Shown here: positions 42,730 to 52,847 of the stretch, piece by piece | How positions within the stretch are numbered: the stretch's first letter is position 1 | Layout of the letters: every line of letters starts with the position of its first letter | Assembly (NCBI GenBank): GCA_963812655.1 | Contig: CAWEWX010000077.1 | Coordinates: 18,660 to 82,659 of the forward strand | Length of the DNA: 64,000 nucleotides | DNA from: an uncultured delta proteobacterium | GTDB lineage: Bacteria > Desulfobacterota > Desulfobaccia > Desulfobaccales > 0-14-0-80-60-11 | Direction: 5' to 3' | Translations under genes and position numbers: made by a program | Notes under the pieces: model-generated | Database searches by the model: none | What the model was told of the DNA's origin: nothing | The model's input: only the letters and a program-made list of their open reading frames with translations

Positions 42730-42994
42730 GTTCTCCGGGGATGGAGATAAAAAAGCCCCCCGCGGCTGTCCCGGAAGGCAATCCATCTTGTCCATCATTC
42801 CCTCCTTCAAGTCCCAGTCCACCGATCGGCCGGATCCAGGCTTCCAATTTTATGGAGGAATCTTAAACCAAAACTATCACAAGCTAGAAAAAATTACCAG
42901 GAATCTTCTCTGGTTCCACAGATTTGCCCAATTTTTTCTAAGATGCGGGCGTGGAACCTGGGCAGGCGGGGTGTTCAGGGCTCAACCGGCTCCT

Positions 42995-44257
42995 TCAGCC
43001 TTCAAACTTCTCGTCGAAGACCTTCATGGCGCAGAAGCGGCCGCACATGGTGCACTGGTCTTCCCGGGCCCGGCTCAGGTCCCGGTAGCGCCTGGCCTTG
43101 GGGGGATTGACCGAGAGCTGGATTTGCGTGTCCCAGTCCAGGGCCCGCCGGGCCTTGGACATGGCCAGGTCCCAATCGGCGGCGCCGGGCCGGCCCAAGG
43201 CGATATCCGCGGCGTGGGCCGCGATGCGGGAGGCCACCACCCCGTCGATAACGTCCTCCACCTCCGGCAGTTTCAAGTGTTCCGCGGGGGTGACGTAGCA
43301 CAGAAAGGACGCCCCTAGATAGGCGGCCAGGGCCCCGCCGATGGCCCCGGAGATGTGGTCGTAGCCCGAGGCCACATCGGTGACCAGGGGCCCCAGGACG
43401 TAAAAGGGGGCGTTGCTGCAATATTTCTGCTGCAGGCGGACATTTTTGCGAATGGCGTTCAGGGGTAGATGACCCGGGCCTTCCACCATCACCTGGACCC
43501 CCTTGGCCCAGGCTCGATGGGTGAGCTCACCCAGAACCTTCAGTTCGTGGAGTTGGGCCCGATCGGTGGCGTCGGCCAGGCATCCGGGCCGCAGCCCATC
43601 CCCCAGGGAGAGCGTGAGATCGTGCCTCTGGGCAATCCCCAGCAGTTCGTCATATCTCTCATAAAAAGGATTTTCCCGGCCGGAACGCCGCATCCAGGCG
43701 GTGAGGAAGGCCCCGCCCCGGGAAACCACCCCGGTGACCCGCCTGGCGAGCAGCGGCAGGGCGGCCCGGGTGACGCCGCAGTGCACCGTGACGAAGTCCA
43801 CCCCCTGGCGGCCGTGGTGGCGCACCATCTCCAGGAGATCGTCGCCCCGGACCTCTTCCAGACTCTTGGCCTGGCTCATGATCTGATAGATGGGCACGGT
43901 GCCGAAGGGCGCCGGGCATTGGGCCAGCAGGGCGGTGCGGATCTCGTCCACGTCGCCGCCGGTGGACAGGTCCATGACCGCGTCCGCCCCGAACTCCAAG
44001 GCCGCGGCCAGCTTGGCCTGCTCCTTTTCCAGGTCGCAGTCGTGGGGGGAAGTGCCGATATTGGCGTTGATCTTGACCCGCACCCCCTGGCCGATGGCCA
44101 GCGGCTTAAGCCCTGAATGCCTGGGATTGGCCGGCACCACCAGGGTGCCCCGGGCCAGACCCTGGCGAATCACCTCCGGGGCCAACCCTTCCCGTCCGGC
44201 CGCCTGCTTCATGGCCGGAGTAATCTTCCCTGCTAATGCCGCCTCCCGCTGAGTCAT
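42995..44257 (-). CDS. thiC: phosphomethylpyrimidine synthase ThiC (short form)
   Basis: VKINANIGTS, VPIYQ, VMVEGPGH, C-terminal Fe-S motif CTMCGRFCAMK. Confidence 0.95.
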   Translation of the reverse strand: MTQREAALAGKITPAMKQAAGREGLAPEVIRQGLARGTLVVPANPRHSGLKPLAIGQGVRVKINANIGTSPHDCDLEKEQAKLAAALEFGADAVMDLSTGGDVDEIRTALLAQCPAPFGTVPIYQIMSQAKSLEEVRGDDLLEMVRHHGRQGVDFVTVHCGVTRAALPLLARRVTGVVSRGGAFLTAWMRRSGRENPFYERYDELLGIAQRHDLTLSLGDGLRPGCLADATDRAQLHELKVLGELTHRAWAKGVQVMVEGPGHLPLNAIRKNVRLQQKYCSNAPFYVLGPLVTDVASGYDHISGAIGGALAAYLGASFLCYVTPAEHLKLPEVEDVIDGVVASRIAAHAADIALGRPGAADWDLAMSKARRALDWDTQIQLSVNPPKARRYRDLSRAREDQCTMCGRFCAMKVFDEKFEG

Positions 44258-44523
44258 AAAGAAATTTTATCTTAATGAGGGGAAAAAAGGAAGGGTTGAA
44301 GGGGGACGCCGGGGAGGGAGTATTTAGTGTCGTGTTTCAGAAATATCTTAAAAAAATATCTGGGGTTTATGTAGCCGCAGGCTTTAGCCTGCGCTTTCGT
44401 TTTTCCTAATTATTTCGCAAGCTAAAGTTTGCGGCTACATTTTAAATGCCTATGGAACCTAAAAGGATCAGGCTGGGGGTAAGGGCCGCCGGCCACTGAC
44501 AATCCCTCCCCCACTCATATTCC

Positions 44524-45144
44524 TCACTCCTCCCCGAAGAGAAGGCCGGCCAGGGCTGGCCAGTCCGCCACTTCCAAAAACGGGTGGGGCCGGCGGTTCC
44601 AGGGTTGGGCGAAGAGGATGGGAGTGATGCCATGGCCGGACAAAAGCAGGCAGGTTTCCAGGCGATCCTCCACGAAGAACCGGATCTTTTGGTCCCGGAG
44701 GTAATGGAGTTTGCTGTCGGGATCACCGGTGGCCACCACCCGGATATCCTGGGGCGGCACCTGAGGCAGGGTGCGCTGCAGCCAGGTCCGGATGGGCCCG
44801 GCCCGGTCGCGGGCGGTAACGAACAACAGGGGCGTCTCCCGGGCCAGGCGGGTGAGGACCGCGACTGCCTGGGGGAAGGGCTCCACCGCCAGTTGGTGGG
44901 GGCGGTCGATGAGTTCCCGGATCAGTTCGGCAATGATCCGGGGCTCCAGATCCAGACAGTCCTCCAGGGAAAACGTGGTGATGTGCTCATAGCGCAGGTG
45001 GTGGCCGCAATCGTAGCGCTCCCGAGCCAGGGTGAGGAAGGTGGTCATGATGTCGGCCACCACCCCGTCGATGTCGAAGGCCAGGGAGTCCAGGGGGATG
45101 CGGCGGCATCCTGGATTAGCAGACGGAGGCGCGATGACTTCCAT
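44524..45144 (-). CDS. HAD-superfamily hydrolase (nucleotidase-like)
   Basis: Motif I FDIDGVVAD, later VTARD and FVEDR. The ATG overlaps the upstream gene stop by 1 nt (TAATG). Confidence 0.7.
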   Translation of the reverse strand: MEVIAPPSANPGCRRIPLDSLAFDIDGVVADIMTTFLTLARERYDCGHHLRYEHITTFSLEDCLDLEPRIIAELIRELIDRPHQLAVEPFPQAVAVLTRLARETPLLFVTARDRAGPIRTWLQRTLPQVPPQDIRVVATGDPDSKLHYLRDQKIRFFVEDRLETCLLLSGHGITPILFAQPWNRRPHPFLEVADWPALAGLLFGEE

Positions 45145-45839
45145 TATTCTTGCGGTTCCAGGGAGGCCATGATCTCCAGCACTTCCTCGTCATCCAGATC
45201 ATACCAGTTCATATAGGCGTCGGCCACCGCGAAAGACCAGCCGCTGCGGACGTTGAGGCAGAGAAGTTCGTCCACCTCGGGCAGGAGGTCTTGCACGGTG
45301 CGCTCCGAGGCGGTGGGCACCGCCACCAGGATCTTGCCCGCGCCCCGGCGCTTCAGAAATTGCACCGCGGCCCGCATGGTAAAGCCGGAGGCCAGGCCGT
45401 CGTCGACGATGATGGCCGGCTCTCCCGCCAGCTCCGGGTAGGGCCGGCCGCCCCGCAGCCTCTGTTCCCGCCCGCGGCTGACCGCGGTGGCCTTGGCCAT
45501 CTGGGCGGCGATCTCCTCCTGGGTCAGGGGCTGCCGCCGGAGCAGCTCCTCATTGAAGATGGCTTCCCCTTCGGGGTCCAGGGCCCCGAAACCGGCCTCG
45601 GTGGTCCAGGGGAGCTGGATCTTGCGCACGATGAGCAGGTCCAGAGGGAGGGCCAGACCCCGGGCAATCTCCGCGGCCACCGGCACGCCGCCGGCGGGAA
45701 TGGCAAACAGGTGAAGCTTCCGGCCGCGCCGGGCCAGGAGGCGCTCCGCCAGCCGCCGGCCGGCGTCGGCCCGGTCCTCGAAGACCCGGAGACGATTCCT
45801 TAAATGGGGATCTTCACTGAGTCTGCCCATGGTCGGCAA
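45144..45839 (-). CDS. phosphoribosyltransferase-family protein
   Basis: FEDRADAGRRLAERL...AIPAGGVPVAAEIA...LLIVRKI and PRPP loop AIIVDDGLASGFTM. The start (45839 or 45830) lies inside the 3' end of the upstream gene. Confidence 0.8.
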   Translation of the reverse strand: MPTMGRLSEDPHLRNRLRVFEDRADAGRRLAERLLARRGRKLHLFAIPAGGVPVAAEIARGLALPLDLLIVRKIQLPWTTEAGFGALDPEGEAIFNEELLRRQPLTQEEIAAQMAKATAVSRGREQRLRGGRPYPELAGEPAIIVDDGLASGFTMRAAVQFLKRRGAGKILVAVPTASERTVQDLLPEVDELLCLNVRSGWSFAVADAYMNWYDLDDEEVLEIMASLEPQE

Positions 45840-46585
45840 AATTCCTCGGCCAGGGCAGCCACCCGCCGGAGAAACTCCGCCTGGCTGAGGCGGGCGCCGG
45901 TGAGGCCTCCCCTGAGGTTGATTTCCGAAAGATAAGTCTCACCGTCCATGCCGACCAGGAGGTCCAGGATGGCGTAAGGAAATTTTCCTCGGGCCATGAC
46001 CTGCCGGCAGAAAAGCAGAGGGGCCGGGGCCAGCGCCGCCGGCCGCGAGGCGCCGCCTTGATAAAGATTCTTGCGGAAGCTGTGGGGGTTGACCCGCTCA
46101 TAGGCTTCGGCATAGTCGGCCACCACCACCACCCGCAAATCTCTGGCCCCTTCCAGGAGGGGCTGCACCATCAGGGGATAGGGCAGCGGCTGGAGGCCCG
46201 CCAGGCTAGAGAGGGATTCCAGGGAAGGCCAGCAGCCCACCCCCAGCCCCAGGTGGCCCCGGTCCCGCTTACTGACCACCGCGCCTCGGTGCCGGCTGGC
46301 AAACCGGGAGAGATTGGCGGCCAGATCGCCGAGCCCGTAAGCCACGAAGGTGCCGGGCCCCATGAACTCCCCCAGCACCTCTGCCTGGGCGGCCTTGGAG
46401 CGGGCCAGGAGTTGGGCCAGGGCCGGGGGGAACAGGGCCACCCCCCGCTCCGCCAGGTCCAGCAGTTTGAACTCCTCGCCGGGCCGCAGGGCCAGGGGGC
46501 CGAGCACCGCGTCCCCGGCCCGCAGGTCACGATAACTCTCGCGAAATTCGACAATGCTCCGGATCAGACGCGATTCCCGGTCCAT
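45800..46585 (-). CDS. ATP-grasp (RimK-like) family protein
   Basis: 261 aa with ATP-grasp-like blocks (VVSKRDRGHLGLGV, LMVQPLL, DLRVVVV, YLSEINLRGG). The assignment is moderate; no exact subfamily recognised. Confidence 0.55.
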   Translation of the reverse strand: MDRESRLIRSIVEFRESYRDLRAGDAVLGPLALRPGEEFKLLDLAERGVALFPPALAQLLARSKAAQAEVLGEFMGPGTFVAYGLGDLAANLSRFASRHRGAVVSKRDRGHLGLGVGCWPSLESLSSLAGLQPLPYPLMVQPLLEGARDLRVVVVADYAEAYERVNPHSFRKNLYQGGASRPAALAPAPLLFCRQVMARGKFPYAILDLLVGMDGETYLSEINLRGGLTGARLSQAEFLRRVAALAEEFCRPWADSVKIPI

Positions 46586-46629
46586 TTTTCTTTGAGGGTG
46601 CTCAGGACAATAGCGTCCGGCAACAAAAT

Positions 46630-46912
46630 CGCATGAAGAAACTTAAACTATCTCGCAGGTTGAATCTATCCCATTGTAATTTCAACGATATCAAGATATT
46701 ACCCCGATCCAACCAAATCCCCTCTCCCCTGCGAGGGGACGACACCGGGTGAGGGGTGGCTTCATCGGCCGTTCCATACCCCCCTCACCCTGCCCTCTCC
46801 CCCCCAAGGGGGGAGAGGGAAATAGCTTGTAAAGTCCATGAATTGATTAGCTAGTGGGCATGCCTAAGTCCAAACATATCTCTACAATAGCAAAAACCTT
46901 TCCGGACACTAA
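46630..46912. repeat. dispersed intergenic repeat, family A, long copy with nested hairpin module
   Basis: Flanks match 5806-5995. The core is expanded by about 95 nt of CTCTCCCCTGCGAGGGGA / GGGTGAGGGGTGG ... CCCCCCTCACCCTGCCCTCTCCCCCCCAAGGGGGGAGAGGG, the same module type as family B. Confidence 0.8.
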
Positions 46913-47020
46913 TGTACTCAGGAGGCATTCGGGGCGAGGCCAGGCGCGGCCAGGCCAGCCCCGGTCAACCAGTCTGGCGGATCTGACGCCGGCAAAAGCC
47001 CGCGGCTGCCGATGCGAACC

Positions 47021-47055
47021 ATAAAAGAAGCCTGCCCCATTATAGGGCAGGCTTC
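47021..47055 (-). terminator. intrinsic terminator after the U32 peptidase gene
   Basis: GAAGCCTGCCC-CATTATA-GGGCAGGCTTC forms an 11 bp perfect stem (47027-55). On the minus strand it is followed by TTTTAT. Lies about 45 nt downstream of the stop. Confidence 0.7.
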
Positions 47056-47099
47056 CCCATGAAATAAACTAAAATTTCCAGGTTGGTTAACCTGATGGC

Positions 47100-48128
47100 T
47101 TACAGGCCGACAATATTCTGGTGCAGTTCCCTGGTCTTTTCCAGGCGGGCCTGATCCCGCTGCGCCACTAGGGCCGCCAAGCGGTCCTGGATGCGCAGGT
47201 AAAAGGTGCCATTGATATCTTCCCCACGGGCGTGGGCGTTGATGAGTTGGCGGTAGCAGCAGATCATCTTGGAGATCATGGAGACCGCATACTCCCGCCC
47301 CTGGACCTTGATGGTGGCCAGCCCCAGGTCGAGATAAGCCTTCAATTCGTCTCCCAGAATGGCGAAGGCCACGTTGGGCTGCAGCCGGACGCGGTCGTTG
47401 ATGGCCTCGATCTTCTCCGGGGGCTGCCCCCGCCGGGAAAGGATCTGGCGCCGCTGCTCTTCGCTGAGGAGACAGAGCCGGAAACAACTGCCGCTGCGGT
47501 CCGGCCAGCCTTCGTATTCCACGATCTCGTTGCCGTCTTCGTCGCGGTAGACCTTGCGGACATAGGAGTCGGCAATGAGTTCGTGGAACATGCAATTGCC
47601 CACCCCGCCGATGCAGCGGTTACCGTGGACCAGCACCTCGGTCTTTAATCCCAGTTCGTCCGCCTCTTGCTTGAACCGGGTCAGCTTCTCCACCGTATTG
47701 ATCTCGGTGGAGGCCACCAATTGGCTGGCTCCGTAAGATTTAAAGCGGGCCATCTCCTCCTGGGTCTGGATATTGCAGCCGACGCTGGCGTGGATGACCA
47801 GTTGCGGAAACTGCCGGCGCACCGCCTGCATCACCGCCGGGGTCTTGACGATCACCCCTTCGATACCGAAGTGGGCGTACTTTTCCACCTTTGCCACCAC
47901 CAGGGGAATTTTCTCCGCCGGGATTTCGGCGTTTAAAGCCACCCGCACCTTTCCCTGGTAGTTGGCGGCAATGCGCACCGCCTCAGCGATGTCGCTGTCT
48001 TCCAACTCCCATTGGCACTTGCGACGGCTGAAGCCTTTGGCCCCCACGTATACGGCGTCGGCGCCGTTCTTAAAGACCCCCTCCACCATTTCCAGGCTGC
48101 CGCCTGGAGCCAACAGTTCGTTAATCAT
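47100..48128 (-). CDS. peptidase U32 family protein
   Basis: [23 protein letters not shown]32 signature region [20 protein letters not shown]. Start at ATG 48128. Confidence 0.85.
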   Translation of the reverse strand: MINELLAPGGSLEMVEGVFKNGADAVYVGAKGFSRRKCQWELEDSDIAEAVRIAANYQGKVRVALNAEIPAEKIPLVVAKVEKYAHFGIEGVIVKTPAVMQAVRRQFPQLVIHASVGCNIQTQEEMARFKSYGASQLVASTEINTVEKLTRFKQEADELGLKTEVLVHGNRCIGGVGNCMFHELIADSYVRKVYRDEDGNEIVEYEGWPDRSGSCFRLCLLSEEQRRQILSRRGQPPEKIEAINDRVRLQPNVAFAILGDELKAYLDLGLATIKVQGREYAVSMISKMICCYRQLINAHARGEDINGTFYLRIQDRLAALVAQRDQARLEKTRELHQNIVGL

Positions 48129-48325
48129 TACTCTCCCACACCTCCCTGAGCCTCTGCCAAAGGTTCCTAGGCTCTGCGACACCCTCAACGCCAGTGCCTC
48201 CGGTAACCCCCAGGAAATGGTGGGTTCCTGCTCCGCGCCTATTCCCGCCGGCCACTGGAACTTTACGCATGGCAGCGAGAATTCTCCCTAATATATGTTA
48301 AGTCGGTTAAAGATTAATTTCAATT

Positions 48326-48352
48326 ATTATTGTTAAAATATTATTGTTAAAA
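48326..48352. repeat. tandem 14-nt direct repeat in an AT-rich upstream region
   Basis: ATTATTGTTAAAA occurs at 48326-38 and again at 48340-52, inside the AT-rich stretch 48290-48365, about 200 nt upstream of the U32 gene. Confidence 0.6.
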
Positions 48353-48386
48353 ATCTAAGACATTTTACCGATGCCGATTTTGCCGT

Positions 48387-48554
48387 TCAGCCCCGCAGAT
48401 AGGCAATGGCCAAGGTGAAGCAGAGCCCGATTTCCACCGCCCAGCTAAGCAGGTAAATCGACAGCTCCATGCCGGAACCATAATCTTCCACCTGCAGGAT
48501 GCGATTCGGTTCCCGAAGGATGTCCCAGGAGCTGATCTTTTTGTCAGCCGCCAT
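48387..48554 (-). CDS. small putative membrane protein (55 aa)
   Basis: Not in the track. AAGGAG lies 10 nt before the ATG. Sequence: MAADKKISSWDILREPNRILQVEDYGSGMELSIYLLSWAVEIGLCFTLAIAYLRG*, with one C-terminal hydrophobic helix. The track ORF 48365-48814 is in another frame and looks spurious. Confidence 0.4.
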   Translation of the reverse strand: MAADKKISSWDILREPNRILQVEDYGSGMELSIYLLSWAVEIGLCFTLAIAYLRG

Positions 48555-48645
48555 GATGATTTATCTCCTTTCAGAAAAAGTCGGCCAGCAGCTCGCTGAG
48601 GGCGCTTCCTGGAAAATTTGGCATAAAGTTCCCCCCGGAGACTGC

Positions 48646-49500
48646 TCAGAAAAAGTCGGCTAAAAGCTCTTTTACCGGACGCTGCGGTTGTTGCCGCACC
48701 AGGGGGCCGGCCCCCAGGACCGGGTGGGTTTCCTCCAGCAAGGGGCGAGGCCGTTTGAAGATCACCCCGAGGGGAATTCTCTCCCCCCACTCCCTGCCTT
48801 TCTGGAAGGCCCAAATTTCGTTCTCCGGGTCATAGCCCGCCTCCTTCTCCACCTGGTAAACCCGAGCCTGGAACCATTGATAGGTGTTGATCCGGTTAAA
48901 GGTGACGCATGGCTGCAGCACCTCCAACAGGGCAAACCCCCGGTGGCTGAGGGCCTCTTTGTAGAGGCCGGTCAGATGCTCCGCCATGCCGGCGAAGCCC
49001 CGGCCCACCCAGGAGCAGTCCTGGCTCACCGCCAGGGCCAGGGCGTGCAGGGGCGGGTAGGCCACCCCATCCGGCTGCAGCAGGGTCTTGTAGCCCTGGT
49101 CGCTGGTGGGGGAGGCCTGGCCTTTGGTCAGGGCGTAAACCTGATTGTTGTGCACCACCAGGGTGAGATTGGGATTGCGCCGCAGGGTGGCCAGCAGGTG
49201 GTTGCCCCCCTCGCCGTAGCAGTCGCCATCGCCGGCTTCGGCTACCACCGCCAGCTCGTGGTTGGCCAGCCGCGCCCCGGTGGCCAGGGGCAGGGTGCGG
49301 CCGTGGATGCCGTTGAAGGTGTTGCACCTGAGGTAATGGGGAAATTTTCCCGACTGGCCGATCCCCGAGACCATGAGGAGGCCTTCCGGCTTGATCTCCA
49401 ATTCCGCCAGGGCCTGCTTGAAGGCCTGGAGCATGGCGAAGTTGCCGCAGCCCGGACACCAGGCCGCCGGAAGACCTTGATAGAGTTCCAGGGGCAGCAT
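48646..49500 (-). CDS. 2-oxoacid:ferredoxin oxidoreductase, beta (TPP-binding) subunit
   Basis: WCPGCGNF, GIHGRTLPLATG and GDGDCYGEGGNH are typical KorB/PorB blocks. Confidence 0.9.
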   Translation of the reverse strand: MLPLELYQGLPAAWCPGCGNFAMLQAFKQALAELEIKPEGLLMVSGIGQSGKFPHYLRCNTFNGIHGRTLPLATGARLANHELAVVAEAGDGDCYGEGGNHLLATLRRNPNLTLVVHNNQVYALTKGQASPTSDQGYKTLLQPDGVAYPPLHALALAVSQDCSWVGRGFAGMAEHLTGLYKEALSHRGFALLEVLQPCVTFNRINTYQWFQARVYQVEKEAGYDPENEIWAFQKGREWGERIPLGVIFKRPRPLLEETHPVLGAGPLVRQQPQRPVKELLADFF

Positions 49501-51209
49501 CAGGCGTGGCCCTCCAGACCCCGCAGGATATATTCCGGGGTAAAGGGAGCGCCGTCGTACCTGAGGACCAGATGATCGGCGGCGATCCCGGTCTCCTGGC
49601 GCAGCAGGCGGTCAGCCTGGCCGGTGGCGTTCATCTCCACCATCACCAGCTTGTGGGCGCCTTTTAAGGCCGTGGCCAGCGCCCTCGCCGGGAAGGGCCA
49701 CAGTTCGCTGAGGTGCACCATGCGGGCCGGGGCGCCGGCCTCATTCAGCCGGGCCACCGCTTCCGTCACCGGCCCCAGGCTGGAGCCCCAGCAGACCAGG
49801 GCCAGGGGGGCCGCCGCCGGGCCGGAGGTGGAGATGCCATTGAGCTCGCGCCCCAGTTTTTTCAATTTGCGCAGCCGCTTGTCGTGCATCTGCACCCGGA
49901 CCCGCAGGTCTTCGGTGAGGTGGCCGTCCGGGGTGTGCTCGTCGGAGTCGGCCACCACCAGTTCCGGCCCGAAACCCGGCAGGCGCCGGGGCGAAACGCC
50001 GTCGGCGGTGATGGCGTAGCGCTCGTAGACCGCCGCGGCCGGCCCCAGCTTCAGGGCTCGCTGGATCTCCACCTTCTCGGGAAAATCACCGGCCTCATGG
50101 GTGAAGTTGACGTCGGCAAGGTATTGATCGGTGAGGAGAAAGACCGGCAACTGATAGCGCTCCGCCAGATTGAAGGCCCGGGCCGCCAGGGCGAAGCTCT
50201 GGGCCGGAGTGCCCGGGGCCAGCACCGCCCGGGGAAAATCCCCCTGCCCGGCATAAAGGACGAAGCTCAGGTCACCCTGCTCGGTGCGGGTGGGCAACCC
50301 GGTGCTGGGGCCAGGGCGTTGGGCCTCCACGATGACCAGAGGCGTCTCGCTGCACCCCGCCAGTCCCAGGGTTTCAACCATCAGGGAAAAACCGCCCCCG
50401 GAGGAGCCGGTCATGGCCCGGACCCCGGCAAATGAGGCCCCCAGGGCCAGGTTAATGGCGGCGATTTCGTCTTCCGCCTGCTCCACCACCACCCCCCAGC
50501 GGGCGGCCCGTTGCCCCACGGCGTTGAGGACGCTGCTCCACGGGGTCATGGGATAGCCGCTGATAAATTGCAGGCCCGCGGCCAGGGCTCCCAGGGCCAG
50601 GGCCTCATGGCCGCTGATCAGGAGACGGGGCCCCGGCGGCGGGGTGATCCCCGCCAGGGAGTGGCCGGGGCCCAAGGCCGCCCCCAGCCTATAACCGGCG
50701 GCGGCGGCCCGGTGGTTCCAACCCACCACCTCGGCGCCCTTGCCGGCAAACGCCTCCAGGAGCAGACCCATCAGGGGCTCCAGGGGAACCTGGAACAGCC
50801 CCAGGATGGCGCCACCGGCGCCGGCGTTGACCGCGATCTCCGCGGCCTGTTTCTCCGCCAGCAGGGTGGCCGGCTCCAGGGGAAGCTTCAGCCCCCGGGC
50901 GGGCAAGTCCCGGACCTGGGAGGCATCATAGATGATGACCCCATCCGGGGCCAGTTCCCCCTGGTGCAGGTGGACGGTTTCCTGGTTCAAGGCCACCAGC
51001 AGGTCCACCCCTTCCCGGGAGGAGATCAGGGGCGCATCCGCCACCCGGATGCGGTTGAAGAGATGGCCGCCGCGGATGCGGGACTCATAGGACTGCACGA
51101 ACAGCACCTGACAGCCCTGGCGCACCAGGGTCTTGGCCAGGGGGGTAGTGATGGCATGCACCCCCTGCCCTGCCGCCCCACCGATCAAGATATTGAAATC
51201 AATGGCCAT
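49500..51209 (-). CDS. 2-oxoacid:ferredoxin oxidoreductase, fused gamma/alpha subunit
   Basis: N-terminal gamma-like domain (ILIGGAAGQGV, SYESRIRGG) followed by the alpha domain (GYPMTPWS, EDEIAAINLALGAS). The stop abuts the beta subunit start. Confidence 0.9.
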   Translation of the reverse strand: MAIDFNILIGGAAGQGVHAITTPLAKTLVRQGCQVLFVQSYESRIRGGHLFNRIRVADAPLISSREGVDLLVALNQETVHLHQGELAPDGVIIYDASQVRDLPARGLKLPLEPATLLAEKQAAEIAVNAGAGGAILGLFQVPLEPLMGLLLEAFAGKGAEVVGWNHRAAAAGYRLGAALGPGHSLAGITPPPGPRLLISGHEALALGALAAGLQFISGYPMTPWSSVLNAVGQRAARWGVVVEQAEDEIAAINLALGASFAGVRAMTGSSGGGFSLMVETLGLAGCSETPLVIVEAQRPGPSTGLPTRTEQGDLSFVLYAGQGDFPRAVLAPGTPAQSFALAARAFNLAERYQLPVFLLTDQYLADVNFTHEAGDFPEKVEIQRALKLGPAAAVYERYAITADGVSPRRLPGFGPELVVADSDEHTPDGHLTEDLRVRVQMHDKRLRKLKKLGRELNGISTSGPAAAPLALVCWGSSLGPVTEAVARLNEAGAPARMVHLSELWPFPARALATALKGAHKLVMVEMNATGQADRLLRQETGIAADHLVLRYDGAPFTPEYILRGLEGHA

Positions 51210-51329
51210 GCGCGCCCCTGGTCCGCACCGAGCCCTCTGATTGTGAATAATTACTCAAATAGGGACGCTTGTCAATAAGGAGTGCCACTTTTGCGGTAGG
51301 GGCGGCCCAGGTTTCCGCCCCTGGCGGAA

Positions 51330-52511
51330 TCACTTCGGTTTGTGTTCGGTAAAGGAGTGCCACAATTTATGGAGGAGCCCGTCTTCGTGGTCCTGGCCGG
51401 CGTTTCCCTGGGCCGCCCGGGCCTGGGCCTCCACCACTTCTTCCTCGGCCAGCTCTTCCAGCAGGTGCCGCTGCCGCGGCGTCAGGGTGTGGGGGACCAG
51501 CACCCGCACTTCCACCAGCAAGTCTCCCTTGCGGGAGCCTTTGGGATAGGGCACCCCTTCTCCCTTGAGACGGATGGTCTCACCGGGTTGGGTCCCCGGA
51601 GGGACCGCCAGCTCCCGGTGGTCTTTGAGGGTGGGGATGGTGAGGCGGGTCCCCAGGACTGCCTGGACAAAGGAGATGGGCACCTCCAGATGCAAGTCGT
51701 AGCCCTCCCGGCGAAAAAGCTCGTGGGGCCGGACCGACAGGACGATATAGAGGTCACCCGGCGGCCCGCCATAGGCGCCGTCGTTGCCCTCCCCGGGCAT
51801 CACCAGATGGGTGCCGCTGTCCATGCCCGGCGGGACCTTCACCTTGATCTTCTTCTTTTCCCGCAGCCGCCCTTCCCCGTTACAGGCGGGACAGGCTTCC
51901 GCGAAAAATTCCTTCATCCCCTGACAGCGGGGACAGGTGGTGGTGATCTGAAAGATACCGTGGCTGCGGGAAACCACCCCCCGGCCAGCGCACTGGGGAC
52001 AAGGGACGCGCCTGGTCCCCGGTTTGGCCCCGGAACCACCGCAGGTGCGGCAGTTCACTACCCGGGGGACCTCCACCGTCACTTCGCTGCCCAGGGTGGC
52101 GTCGAGAAAATCAAGGGTCAGATCGTAGCGCAGGTCGGTGCCGGGCTGGGGACGGGGGCCGCCGCCCATGCCGCCCATACGGCCCATGCCGCCGAAGCCC
52201 CCCATGCCGAACATGTCTTCGAAGATGTCGCCGAAGGACCGGAAGATGTCGCCGAAATCCCGGAAGCCGGTGAAGCCGGTGGACGAAACCCCTTCATGGC
52301 CATAGAGATCGTAGAGACGGCGCTTTTCCGGGTCGTGCAAGACCTCGTAAGCCTCAGCCGCCTCTTTGAACCGCTCTTCCGCGTCATGGTTCCCGGGATT
52401 GCGATCCGGGTGGTTCTTCAGGGCTATCTGCCGGTAGGACTTCTTGATATCGTCGATGGAGGCGTTGCGCGCCACTCCCAAAATGGTGTAGTAATCTTGT
52501 TTGGTCGCCAT
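51330..52511 (-). CDS. dnaJ: molecular chaperone DnaJ
   Basis: J domain with HPD (KNHPDRNP), G/F region, four CxxCxG motifs ([30 protein letters not shown]). Confidence 0.95.
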   Translation of the reverse strand: MATKQDYYTILGVARNASIDDIKKSYRQIALKNHPDRNPGNHDAEERFKEAAEAYEVLHDPEKRRLYDLYGHEGVSSTGFTGFRDFGDIFRSFGDIFEDMFGMGGFGGMGRMGGMGGGPRPQPGTDLRYDLTLDFLDATLGSEVTVEVPRVVNCRTCGGSGAKPGTRRVPCPQCAGRGVVSRSHGIFQITTTCPRCQGMKEFFAEACPACNGEGRLREKKKIKVKVPPGMDSGTHLVMPGEGNDGAYGGPPGDLYIVLSVRPHELFRREGYDLHLEVPISFVQAVLGTRLTIPTLKDHRELAVPPGTQPGETIRLKGEGVPYPKGSRKGDLLVEVRVLVPHTLTPRQRHLLEELAEEEVVEAQARAAQGNAGQDHEDGLLHKLWHSFTEHKPK

Positions 52512-52518
52512 ATTACCT

Positions 52519-52824
52519 TTATTTCAGTCGCGCTCGAACGGATTTTTTCTTGTCGCCCAGGAAGACTTCTTTATCGCGGCGGTCGTCGATGGAGATGTGG
52601 GTCATCACCCGTTTGACTCCCTGTTTGAAGGGAAGTTCGTGCAGGGCCCGGGCCACTCGCAGCAACGTCTCCGGCTGGCCGTGCACCACGGTGCCCATGT
52701 CCGTGAGTTCATGGGGAATGTTTTCATCTTCCAGGTATTTCACCACTGCGGCGATGTACTCGCCCACGCTGGGTTGCCCCAGACCCAAAGGGACCACGCT
52801 GATCTCCATGATAGCCATGTCCAA
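52519..52824 (-). CDS. MTH1187/YkoF-like (DUF77) small ligand-binding protein
   Basis: EISVVPLG...[28 protein letters not shown]..., about 100 aa. Start could be any of three ATGs in MDMAIM. Confidence 0.7.
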   Translation of the reverse strand: MDMAIMEISVVPLGLGQPSVGEYIAAVVKYLEDENIPHELTDMGTVVHGQPETLLRVARALHELPFKQGVKRVMTHISIDDRRDKEVFLGDKKKSVRARLK

Positions 52825-52847
52825 CCTCCGGCAGGCGCTGTCGTGCT

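Noticed and set aside
44258-44523. Expected TPP (THI-box) riboswitch upstream of thiC.
   Set aside because: I could not find the conserved CUGAGA / ACCUGAUCUGGAUAAUGCCAGCG-type core on the minus strand. The region is filled with REP hairpins (AGCCGCAGGCTTTAGCCTGCG and similar). A covariance-model scan (Rfam RF00059) would be decisive.
48365-48814. 149-aa minus-strand ORF overlapping the beta-subunit 3' end.
   Set aside because: Out of frame with the well-supported oxidoreductase gene and low-complexity. Replaced by the 55-aa ORF with an AAGGAG RBS in a different frame.
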